The position numbers were made by a program, and so were the translations under genes. DNA of 54,368 nt, taken from positions 1 through 54,368 of the forward strand of contig CAYSFO010000003.1 of assembly GCA_964430695.1 (NCBI GenBank), read 5' to 3'. Under the pieces are notes generated by a model. It searched no databases and was not told the DNA's origin. It saw nothing but the letters and a program-made list of their open reading frames with translations. This document shows positions 8,289 through 17,132 of this stretch, in pieces. This DNA comes from an uncultured Muribaculaceae bacterium. GTDB taxonomy: Bacteria; Bacillota_I; Bacilli_A; RF39; UBA660. How positions within the stretch are numbered: the first letter of the stretch is position 1; the number at the start of each line of letters is the position of its first letter.

Positions 8289-9176
8289 TTATATATTAAT
8301 ATTATTTATTTCATTTTCTTCCCAACGACCATAAATACCACAGGGAAGTATCAAATTATCTCTCGTAATCGGAAGGCCAACTTCTCCAGCAGATACACTT
8401 CCCTTTGGATATTTTTTTAGCATCGTTGTTTTTAAAATATTTTCTAAAACTGTACTAGAAATTCCAGTTGTATAAGAATTAATCAAAAAGAATAATGGTT
8501 TATCAGATAAAATTTGCATACACAACTCGATTAAATAATAAATGTTTTTTTCAAACTTCCAAACTTCTTTATTAGGCCCTCTTCCATAACTAGGCGGGTC
8601 CATAATAATTGCATCGTATTTTTTTCCTCTTCTTATTTCTCTTTCCACAAACTTCACACAGTCATCTACAATAAAATGAATTTCTTGATTTTCTAAATGA
8701 GATAAACGCATATTTTCTTTTGCCCAATCTGTCATTCCACGAGAAGCATCTACTTGCACCACTTTTGCACCACTGCTTGCTGCTGCCATACTTGCACAAC
8801 CTGTATATGCAAATAAATTCAACACTTTAATTTCACGATTGGCATGTTTAATTTTATCCATAATAAAATCCCAATTTACTGCTTGTTCTGGAAAAATACC
8901 TGTATGTTTAAAATTTGTTGGACTGATTTTAAAGTTTAAATGCTTATAAGAAATAGTCCAAAATTCGGGAAGTTTCTTTTTAAACTCCCAATTTCCTCCA
9001 CCTTCACTACTTCTGTGATAAAAACCATCAATATTTTGCCAATTACTATAATCCTCTACATTCCAAATGGCTTGTGGGTCAGGTCTACGAAAAACAAACT
9101 CACCAAAACGTTCTAATTTTTCTCCTCCACCTGCATCTAAACATTCATACTCTTGCCAATCACGACTAAGTTTCAT
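8289..9176 (-). CDS. Class I SAM-dependent (RlmI/RlmK-like) rRNA methyltransferase
   Basis: Motifs VLNLFAYTGCASMAAA and IIMDPPSYGRG are present. The start was moved to the ATG preceded by GGTGA. Confidence 0.7.
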   Translation of the reverse strand: MKLSRDWQEYECLDAGGGEKLERFGEFVFRRPDPQAIWNVEDYSNWQNIDGFYHRSSEGGGNWEFKKKLPEFWTISYKHLNFKISPTNFKHTGIFPEQAVNWDFIMDKIKHANREIKVLNLFAYTGCASMAAASSGAKVVQVDASRGMTDWAKENMRLSHLENQEIHFIVDDCVKFVEREIRRGKKYDAIIMDPPSYGRGPNKEVWKFEKNIYYLIELCMQILSDKPLFFLINSYTTGISSTVLENILKTTMLKKYPKGSVSAGEVGLPITRDNLILPCGIYGRWEENEINNINI

Positions 9177-9249
9177 TTGCATCACCACTAGAAGAATTAT
9201 ATCACAAACCCTACTTGTTAAAAAAACTTTTTTATGCTATTATGAATGT

Positions 9250-9362
9250 GTCAAGGAAACTTGCATAAAATAAAAAGGGAATACTTACTATTGCCGTGTT
9301 GAGTCTTCCCTAAAAAAGTGTGAGTACTTAATCTACGTAAGTAAATTGAGTACTATTTTTTT
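9250..9362 (+). ncRNA. Candidate antisense/antitoxin small RNA (locus C)
   Basis: The promoter is TTGTTA (9215-9220) - 17 nt - TATTAT (9238-9243). A weak hairpin plus T7 at 9320-9362 overlaps the last codons of the peptide gene. The unit contains CTTACTATT (9284-9292), complementary to the peptide mRNA just 5' of its SD. Confidence 0.45.
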
Positions 9363-9445
9363 ATTACCAAAATCAATAAGATAGATAGTAATAAAATGGT
9401 ACATATGTATTTTAGAACTTTCAAAATAAAAATTCTCTTTTCCAT
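9353..9445 (-). CDS. 30-aa hydrophobic peptide, candidate type I toxin (locus C)
   Basis: My translation is MEKRIFILKVLKYICTILLLSILLILVIKK. SD AAGGGGG lies 10 nt upstream. Confidence 0.5.
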   Translation of the reverse strand: MEKRIFILKVLKYICTILLLSILLILVIKK

Positions 9446-9547
9446 ATCTATCAAGCCCCCTTACTATTTGAAGTTGGCAAGTACCCAAACTATTAAGTTT
9501 CTTTAAACCCATATTACTATAGTTAAATTATGAAAAACAAAGTTATA

Positions 9548-10990
9548 TTATTCTTTAAAAGAAATATCATACAAGCTTGGTCCCTTAATACATTCTCCGT
9601 CTATGGAAAATCTCGAACTATGGCATGGACAATCCCATGTTTTTTCTTGTTCATTAAAAATCAGACTACAACCAAAATGTGGACAAGTCGTATAGACAAT
9701 ATGTTCTTTTTTTAATTCATCTGTATAAATGGCAATCTGTTTTCCATTAACCGTTTTAAATTGTAAATTTTTAGAATACCAGCTTTTCTTTCTTTTTTTG
9801 CTTCCTATAAATGCCACTGTGCTACTTGCTACATTTTCAAAAAAACTTTTTACTTTATAAAAATTCATACGTTTCGTTTGAAATAATTCTTGATATTCGT
9901 TTTCTTTATTTAAAATAGCATCGGAGATAATTTTAGCGGCCATAATCCCATTGGTCATTCCCCACGTATTAAATCCTGTTTCTATATATAAGTTATTTTT
10001 TATTTCTCCGATGTAAGACAACTTATCATCTGTAATTATATCCACATTGGACCATTCTGCGACAATATCTTCTTCTTGAATTTTAAATATTCTTTTCACG
10101 TTTTTAAAGTTTTTTTCATCATCTTGTTTAATCGCTGTATTATGAGAACTTGCTAAGCAAATTTTATAAACATTCTTTTTATCTTGGTAATAACGAAAAG
10201 AAAGTCCTGGATTGGAAACAGTAATACAAGTAAATTTATCGTTCTTTTTCGCTTTGCAAGCAATTAAATAGGATTTTTCAATGTGTGATTTTAATGGAAG
10301 TAAAAATGGAAGAATAAAAAAAGGATAATGACAAGCAACTATGACATTTTTAGCAATGATTTTATGGTGTTCTGTATCACAATAATATTTATTATTTTGA
10401 TACTCTATCCTTTTTACTTTGGTATTTTCATAAATTTGCTTCTTTTTTAAAATTGTTTTTAAATGATTTACATATTTCATCGGATTAAAAATATACGTAT
10501 CTTCTACATATATAGCGTATTTAGAAGGTACGTTTAGAGGTAATTCTTTTTCTTTTACTAAAACTTTTTGCCTTTCTAAAAATTCTTTTTCCTGTTTTAT
10601 TTTTTCAATTTCGCTTTCTTTATTCGTAAAAATATAAGAATCTACTTGTTCTAAATCGCAGTTTATTTTTTCTTTTTTTATAATTTCCTTTATTAAAGAA
10701 ATCGCATATTTTTGGCTATTTAAATATTTGATTGCTGTTTCTTCATCGATATTTTTCTTTAAATCAGTATAAATTGCTCCTTGTAAATAATTCAGTTTTC
10801 CCGTGGTATTTTTGGTAACTCCATATCCAATACGACTTGCATCTACTAAGCAAACAGATGGTAAGTCCCTTAAATAATAGAGAGTAGTTAATCCAGCTAT
10901 CCCTCCGCCAATAATCAATGTATCTACTTGGATGGATTCTTCTAAACTTTTAAATATAAAATCATCTAAATACTTTTCCCATAAACTCAT
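9548..10990 (-). CDS. FAD-dependent oxidoreductase with C-terminal Rieske 2Fe-2S domain
   Basis: The N-terminus has TLIIGGGIAGLTT. The C-terminus has CPHFGCSL...CPCHSSRF. The start was moved to the ATG preceded by GGTGA. Confidence 0.8.
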   Translation of the reverse strand: MSLWEKYLDDFIFKSLEESIQVDTLIIGGGIAGLTTLYYLRDLPSVCLVDASRIGYGVTKNTTGKLNYLQGAIYTDLKKNIDEETAIKYLNSQKYAISLIKEIIKKEKINCDLEQVDSYIFTNKESEIEKIKQEKEFLERQKVLVKEKELPLNVPSKYAIYVEDTYIFNPMKYVNHLKTILKKKQIYENTKVKRIEYQNNKYYCDTEHHKIIAKNVIVACHYPFFILPFLLPLKSHIEKSYLIACKAKKNDKFTCITVSNPGLSFRYYQDKKNVYKICLASSHNTAIKQDDEKNFKNVKRIFKIQEEDIVAEWSNVDIITDDKLSYIGEIKNNLYIETGFNTWGMTNGIMAAKIISDAILNKENEYQELFQTKRMNFYKVKSFFENVASSTVAFIGSKKRKKSWYSKNLQFKTVNGKQIAIYTDELKKEHIVYTTCPHFGCSLIFNEQEKTWDCPCHSSRFSIDGECIKGPSLYDISFKE

Positions 10991-11107
10991 ATAATTCACC
11001 ATTTATACTATACCCAAAGCAAAAGAATCCCATACAAAAGAGTTCTATAGCAACTTTGTCATTTCATAAAAAGGCTAATTTAGAGAATACTAAAAATGGT
11101 GATAACA

Positions 11108-11854
11108 ATGAATAACAACAATTTAATCGGAGCAAGAACAGATTTAATTTTTGAAAAGAAAAAAGTAAAGAAATTACCTCAAAAAGAAATAGAAGTTACA
11201 GAACTCGAAATTAAAAACAATTTTTATCATATGATTTCTTTTTCTACTATAGAGAAAGAACAAGCAATAAAAGAGTGTTTACAACAAGAAATACGATTTT
11301 TCTTAAGAAAAATAAATCTTCCTTCTAAATGTCATTTCTTTATTGTAGGACTAGGTAATGAAAACCATACAGCTGATTCCGTTGGCCCAAAAACTTTGAA
11401 ACATCTAATAGTGAATTCTCATTTAGAATCTTTACTTCCTCTTACTACAAACAAATTGTCCGCTTTAGAACCAGGTGTTCTTGGAGAAACGGGCATTGAA
11501 ACCAATCGCATTATTGAAAGTGTTGTTGAAGAAATAAAGCCAGATATTGTTATTCTTATCGATTCTTATGTCGTAGAAAATATTGAATATTTAAATAAAA
11601 CCATTCAAATTACAAATGAAGGAATTACTCCAGGAAGTGGCTTAAAAGGACTAAATATGAAAATAAGTGAGGATACTTTAGGTATACCGGTACTAGTTAT
11701 TGGCATCCCTACTGCTATTGAAGTTACATTTAATAAAGAAAGAACTCTTCCCTACATTTTATCTTCTAAAGATATTGATAGTTACGTTTTGAAAATGGCA
11801 AAAATTATTGGAGAAGCGTTAAATGAAGCATTACTTAACTATAACTTAGAGTAA
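11108..11854 (+). CDS. gpr: Germination protease (GPR endopeptidase) family
   Basis: Motifs VGLGNENHTADSVGP, EPGVLGETGIET, KPDIVILIDS, TNEGITPGSGL and GIPVLVIGIPT match GPR motifs. The ORF is shorter than B. subtilis Gpr. Confidence 0.7.
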   Translation: MNNNNLIGARTDLIFEKKKVKKLPQKEIEVTELEIKNNFYHMISFSTIEKEQAIKECLQQEIRFFLRKINLPSKCHFFIVGLGNENHTADSVGPKTLKHLIVNSHLESLLPLTTNKLSALEPGVLGETGIETNRIIESVVEEIKPDIVILIDSYVVENIEYLNKTIQITNEGITPGSGLKGLNMKISEDTLGIPVLVIGIPTAIEVTFNKERTLPYILSSKDIDSYVLKMAKIIGEALNEALLNYNLE

Positions 11855-13139
11855 CTCCTGTATAATAGTGTTTTAAAATTTGTAAATAAGAACTTCCATT
11901 TTTAGCCATACCATTTGCTCCATACTGGCTCATACCTACTCCATGGCCATATCCCTTCGTTGTAAATGTAATACCACTTTCTGCCTTTATTATTTCAAAA
12001 TCGGCAGAACGAAGTCCAAGTAAATTACGTACGTTTACACCTGTAAATCGCATTCCATCAATCTCAAGTGTCCCTACACGATTCCCAGAAGTTCTATTAA
12101 GAATAAGAAATGAAGTATCTATCGTAATAGGCATTCCTAGCTTCCTTGTTAATTCTTCATAAGATAAAAACTGTTCTTTTAAAAAAGAAGGATTTGAACT
12201 ATCATAATTACTGTCTACACTCACTAAGTAAGGAACAACATTTCCCCATACATTACTAGCATCTTCCGTGGTTCCGTTACTCGTTGAATGATACACAGCA
12301 TCAATAATTTCTCCATGATAAGTTAAATACATGCCTTTCGTCGTTTCAACTGATTTTTTTATTTTGTTATAATACGTATTATAACTACTTCCCCACAAGT
12401 TTTTTAATTCTGCATCACTTTTATAATTTTGTGTACTTGAAGTATCTGTTAAAGTTATCCCTCTTTCCAATGCTTTTAAAGTATACGTTCTTGCAAGTAT
12501 TGCCTGCGCTTTTAAAGCTTCCTCATGAAAAGAAGCTGGCATTTCTGCCCCTACAACTCCAATAAGATACTCTTCTAATTCTAAAGCTAAAATCGTTCCA
12601 TTCGCTCTATGAATTTGCACATACGTTTTTGCTTCTTCCGGTTCTTGTATGCTTTCTTTACTAGAAGTTACCTCAGAAGTTTGGGAATTGTTTAGTGTTG
12701 ATGTAGATGTTTTTGCTATTGCTTTCGTTGTTGACTTCGTTGTATTTGTTTTTTTATTATTGGTTGTAATATTTTGTTCTTTCTCTTCCACCTGTACTTT
12801 TTCATCTCGTTTTATTTCTTCAACTTCTTCTACATTTTCTTCCTTCAAAAATGGAACTAAAGTATTAATAGCATACGTATTCGCTTCGACAGAAGGAGAT
12901 GTATTTAAATGATTAGGAGAATTTACCAAAAGAGTTCCAATCACTAAACCTCCTACAACTAAAGCCACTTTTGTCCCTTGAAAAGCAATTCTATTGTTCT
13001 TTATAAAATCTTCTACCGTTTCTTTTAATTTCTTCTTTTTATTCTGTGTATTTAATTTGGCAAATTCATTATTAAAATCGAAATAAAGATAGAGAACTTC
13101 TTCGTGATTTTGTTTTTTTATTTCATAATCATAAATCAT
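11835..13139 (-). CDS. spoIID: SpoIID/LytB-domain sporulation protein with N-terminal membrane anchor and Lys/Glu/Thr-rich linker
   Basis: Motifs EEYLIGVVGAEMPASFHEEALKAQAILARTY, AVYHSTSNGTTE and GHGVGMSQYGA are present. Confidence 0.75.
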   Translation of the reverse strand: MIYDYEIKKQNHEEVLYLYFDFNNEFAKLNTQNKKKKLKETVEDFIKNNRIAFQGTKVALVVGGLVIGTLLVNSPNHLNTSPSVEANTYAINTLVPFLKEENVEEVEEIKRDEKVQVEEKEQNITTNNKKTNTTKSTTKAIAKTSTSTLNNSQTSEVTSSKESIQEPEEAKTYVQIHRANGTILALELEEYLIGVVGAEMPASFHEEALKAQAILARTYTLKALERGITLTDTSSTQNYKSDAELKNLWGSSYNTYYNKIKKSVETTKGMYLTYHGEIIDAVYHSTSNGTTEDASNVWGNVVPYLVSVDSNYDSSNPSFLKEQFLSYEELTRKLGMPITIDTSFLILNRTSGNRVGTLEIDGMRFTGVNVRNLLGLRSADFEIIKAESGITFTTKGYGHGVGMSQYGANGMAKNGSSYLQILKHYYTGVTLSYS

Positions 13140-13209
13140 ACATTTCACCACTATTAGTGTTTACGATAAAAAAGCATTTATGCCATACAAAAAAGCTAAG
13201 ACTTTCGTC

Positions 13210-13872
13210 TTAACTCTTTTGTATTTTTTTCATATAGGATCTAACTTGTGTTGCCCAAGTAGTACTTTCCGCATATTTTTTACCCATTTTTTCTGGTGTA
13301 TTCAATCCTTTTTTATAATAATTTTTGGATAAATTTTTAAAGAATGCTTCAATTCCAGCATCTAAGGTTTTGAATTTTGCATAAGATCCATTTCCGCATG
13401 TATTTGAACCTTTCATTCCACCCACATTATTACATTTACTTGTAAGTGTACTACATTTTCCTGAATTACATCCAGTTTCATGTAATACAATTGCTAAAGC
13501 TAAATAAGGATCAACTTCATATTTTATTGCATACTTGGCAAACACATTTCCATATCCTTTTAATGTTGATTTTAGATTTTTATTTAATTTTTCAGCTAAC
13601 TCTTCTAAAGTCATTCCGTCATATACTATTTCTGGAACTTCTTCGTTTTCTGGAGCCGCCTCTTCATAAATAGCTAGTAATTCATCAGCAGCTATTTTTT
13701 CATTTCCTATTTTTTTCGTATTAACAGAATTTATAACTACATAATTATTCATCATAATAGTTTCGCTGTTAATAAGTGTATTGCTCCCATTTATCGTTTT
13801 TATAGATAATATGTTCACAATTAGAATCGTGATTATGGCCATGGAGGCCTTAATCGACGGTAATTTTTTCAT
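13210..13872 (-). CDS. Secreted glucosaminidase (GH73-like) domain protein
   Basis: An N-terminal signal/anchor is followed by LALAIVLHETG..NNVGGMK, resembling the mannosyl-glycoprotein endo-beta-N-acetylglucosaminidase motif. Confidence 0.55.
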   Translation of the reverse strand: MKKLPSIKASMAIITILIVNILSIKTINGSNTLINSETIMMNNYVVINSVNTKKIGNEKIAADELLAIYEEAAPENEEVPEIVYDGMTLEELAEKLNKNLKSTLKGYGNVFAKYAIKYEVDPYLALAIVLHETGCNSGKCSTLTSKCNNVGGMKGSNTCGNGSYAKFKTLDAGIEAFFKNLSKNYYKKGLNTPEKMGKKYAESTTWATQVRSYMKKIQKS

Positions 13873-14000
13873 TTTAACTCTACCTCTTTTTTTGCGGAAC
13901 GGTTTCTATATTACCACAATGTAAGGTAAATGTCAAATTTGATTCATGTATATTTCGCTAGTTAAAGAAAAAAAGTACAGAAAACTGCACTTCTTCAAGG

Positions 14001-15329
14001 TTATTTCTCTTTCATCGATTTAAAAATCTTTTTCCATAAATCTTGACTTGAATAATTAAGAATTCCAACTTTATAGATTCTTAAGCCAAAATGGAATAAT
14101 ATATAAACGACGACTCCACAAATGAAAGTGGATAAAAATAATTCAAACAAAGTAATTTGTCCAAGTAAATAAATCACGGGAGCAATTAAGAAAGAAAGCA
14201 TAGGAATAAATCCGACAACCTTCACAAATATTGATCCATCAAATGCGGCTGCCATAACAGCAATATAATAACCAACCATTAAGATAATCATTAAAGGGGT
14301 TTGTAATTGTTGGTAATCTTCAATATTCGTTGTCATAGAAGCAAGAACTCCTGCAACTGTAGCATATGCTAAGAAACTAAAGATAAATAAGGCGATTATA
14401 AATGGCCATCCTCGTGCTAATAAATCTAAAACTCCGGTATTTTTTATCGTTTCTAGTGTTTCTGTTAAAAAGCCCGAAACTTCATTGGAAACTCCACTTA
14501 GAAGGGATACACCAAGCAATTTTCTAACAATAAATGCAATAAGAACGTAAACAACCAACATAAGGGCTTGGAGAATTACAAATAAAGTAGAAGAAATAAT
14601 CTTAGAAGAAAAATGGACTTTTGGAGAAACATTTGAAATGATAATCTCCATACTTCTCGTAGATTTTTCATCATTAATCTCTGCTCCTATCATTTGCGTT
14701 AACATCGTAATCAGCAAGAAGAAAGGAACAATTAAAACAATAATTAATCCATTTGAAATCATATCTTTTCCTTCTGCATTCTCATCCAAATCAGGATTTG
14801 TAACTTCTTTATTTAAAACAACATTACTTGTAAGAGCAGCTATCTCGCTTTCACTAATACCACTATTTTCTAACACATAGGCGCTCTTTACATTATTTAG
14901 GCTTGTTTGTAAAATGGTTTCTGCAATAGTACCAATAGGATCATAACTAATAATATTTGCTACAATATATTCTTCTGGAGATGTCTTAATATTTAAAATA
15001 ATGGCATCTGAGTCTTCTATTTTTTCTTTTAACTCATCCATTGCGTCCGTTGTATTTTCAAGTTCGTAATTCCCTAAATCTTGTAAAGAATCAGATAACG
15101 CATCAAAATTTGCCTTAAAAAGTTCATACGAATTTGCTTCATCTACAACATAAATTTTAGTAACATTTGCAAAATCTCCTCCAAAGAAACTAATAATTCG
15201 ATCAATATTAATAACACCAATTAATAAAATTAAAATTAAAATATTTGCAACTTTAAACCACTTCGTATCAATTTTCTTTTTTAAACTTTGTTTTATTAAA
15301 AACTTCAACTTAGTTTTCGTACATCTCAC
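14001..15329 (-). CDS. ABC-2 type transporter permease (NatB-like)
   Basis: A large extracytoplasmic loop follows TM1 and the C-terminus is multi-TM. The ORF overlaps the upstream ATPase gene. Confidence 0.7.
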   Translation of the reverse strand: MRCTKTKLKFLIKQSLKKKIDTKWFKVANILILILLIGVINIDRIISFFGGDFANVTKIYVVDEANSYELFKANFDALSDSLQDLGNYELENTTDAMDELKEKIEDSDAIILNIKTSPEEYIVANIISYDPIGTIAETILQTSLNNVKSAYVLENSGISESEIAALTSNVVLNKEVTNPDLDENAEGKDMISNGLIIVLIVPFFLLITMLTQMIGAEINDEKSTRSMEIIISNVSPKVHFSSKIISSTLFVILQALMLVVYVLIAFIVRKLLGVSLLSGVSNEVSGFLTETLETIKNTGVLDLLARGWPFIIALFIFSFLAYATVAGVLASMTTNIEDYQQLQTPLMIILMVGYYIAVMAAAFDGSIFVKVVGFIPMLSFLIAPVIYLLGQITLFELFLSTFICGVVVYILFHFGLRIYKVGILNYSSQDLWKKIFKSMKEK

Positions 15330-16212
15330 CTACTTTCTCTAAGAATATTTCATTTAATGTGGCATCTTCTACTACAAATTTAATAACATTATTGCATTTT
15401 TTTATAAATGTAAAGACATCACTTACATTAGCATCACTTTCGATTTTTACAACAATTTCAGATTCATTTTCTAAAACATCTAAAACGCCTTTTACTTGTT
15501 TTAAAGCGGATTTATCAACATCATCTGCTACAATATGAATATTCTTTTTTCGATAGTCCTTTTTTATTTGTTTTAATTCTCCTGCTAAAACACTTTTTCC
15601 TTTCACAAGAACCACTAATTTTTCACAAAACATTTCCACATGCTCCATGCGATGAGATGAAAAAATAATACTTGTTCCTTTCTTTTTCAAATCACGAATG
15701 ACATCCATAAAAAGTTGGACATTAATTGGGTCTAGTCCTGAGAATGGTTCATCTAAAATAAGTAATTCTGGATCATTAATAATCGCTGTAATAAATTGAA
15801 CCTTTTGTTGATTTCCTTTGGACAATTCTTTAATTTTACGTTCTTTATACTCAAGAATATTAAAACGTTCTAACCAATCATCCAATTTTTCTAATATTTT
15901 TTCTTCTGACATTCCTTTTAAAATGCCATAATAAATCGCTTGTTCTTTAACAGTCAATTTTGTAAGTAAACTTCTCTCTTCTGTTAAAAAACCTAGTTTG
16001 TCTGTTACATCATAATCAATGGGTTTTCCATTTAATGTAATTGTTCCACTTGTTTTGTCAAGTAAACCATTAATCATACGGAAGGTAGTTGTTTTTCCTG
16101 CGCCATTGACTCCTAGAAGGCCAAAAATTTCACCATCTTTTACAGAAAAAGACAAATCATCCACTGCTAAATGATTCCCATAATATTTCGTAACATGTTC
16201 GACTTTTAACAT
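15310..16212 (-). CDS. ABC transporter ATP-binding protein (NatA-like)
   Basis: Walker A GVNGAGKTT, signature LSKGNQQK and Walker B LLILDEP are present. Confidence 0.9.
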   Translation of the reverse strand: MLKVEHVTKYYGNHLAVDDLSFSVKDGEIFGLLGVNGAGKTTTFRMINGLLDKTSGTITLNGKPIDYDVTDKLGFLTEERSLLTKLTVKEQAIYYGILKGMSEEKILEKLDDWLERFNILEYKERKIKELSKGNQQKVQFITAIINDPELLILDEPFSGLDPINVQLFMDVIRDLKKKGTSIIFSSHRMEHVEMFCEKLVVLVKGKSVLAGELKQIKKDYRKKNIHIVADDVDKSALKQVKGVLDVLENESEIVVKIESDANVSDVFTFIKKCNNVIKFVVEDATLNEIFLEKVGEMYEN

Positions 16213-16288
16213 TTAAACTCCTCCTAAAAATAGTATAGCATGGATTTTATACGTAGAATACAAAAATAAAAAGACTTTTACAGTCTTC

Positions 16289-17032
16289 CTATTTAATGAT
16301 TGATTCTAAGGCTAATGTAATCGATTCATCTAATGATTTTTCACGATCTTCTTGAGACATGAATGCATCGTTAAATTTGCTATCAACTACCGTTAAGATA
16401 CAAGCAGCTTGTTTCTCGAAAGAATCGGCGATATGGAACAAAGCAAATGCTTCCATTTCTTCACTAATAATTTGAATATTTTTTGGAACTCTTGCCAGAA
16501 CATGTTCATTGTCTCCATAGAAACCAAACGTTTCTGTACTCATAATTGTCCCTTGATAAGTATGTAAATCTAACTCTTCTGCGGTTTGCAGAATTTTTTG
16601 ATTTAAATCTTTACTTGGATACACAAGATGAGTCGGATCTCCATTATAAGCATAAGCAAAATTTCCTTCATTATAGGCACTATCAGCAATGATTAAATCA
16701 GGTACATTTAATTCCGGAATTAATCCTCCACAAGTTCCTACTCTAATAATTTTTTTTACGCCGAAAAAATAGAATAATTCGAAACAATAAATACTCATAC
16801 TAGGCATTCCCATACCAGAACCCATAACGGTTACTCTTGTACCTTTGTACTCTCCTGTATAAGCATACATATTTCTTGTACCACTTACTAGTTTTGCTTC
16901 ACTTAAGAAGTTGTCAGCAATATATTTTGCACGTAATGGATCGCCTGGCATAACAACGATTGGGGCTATTTCTCCCTTTTTGCAGGCAATATGTGCAGGT
17001 TTTATATGCTCTAAAACTTTTGGTGCCTTCAC
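16289..17032 (-). CDS. deoD: Purine nucleoside phosphorylase, DeoD type
   Basis: Motifs VVMPGDPLRAKYIADNFL, TVMGSGMGMPS and VGTCGG are present. The terminator AAGACT-N5-AGTCTT + T run is at 16262-16287. Confidence 0.85.
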   Translation of the reverse strand: MKAPKVLEHIKPAHIACKKGEIAPIVVMPGDPLRAKYIADNFLSEAKLVSGTRNMYAYTGEYKGTRVTVMGSGMGMPSMSIYCFELFYFFGVKKIIRVGTCGGLIPELNVPDLIIADSAYNEGNFAYAYNGDPTHLVYPSKDLNQKILQTAEELDLHTYQGTIMSTETFGFYGDNEHVLARVPKNIQIISEEMEAFALFHIADSFEKQAACILTVVDSKFNDAFMSQEDREKSLDESITLALESIIK

Positions 17033-17132
17033 AATTAATCACTCCTTATTATTCTATTTATAATATAGCAAAAAAAAGTAAAGTTATAAATGATTTTACT
17101 TTACTTTTACTTCTGTTTACTTAAATTTTACG

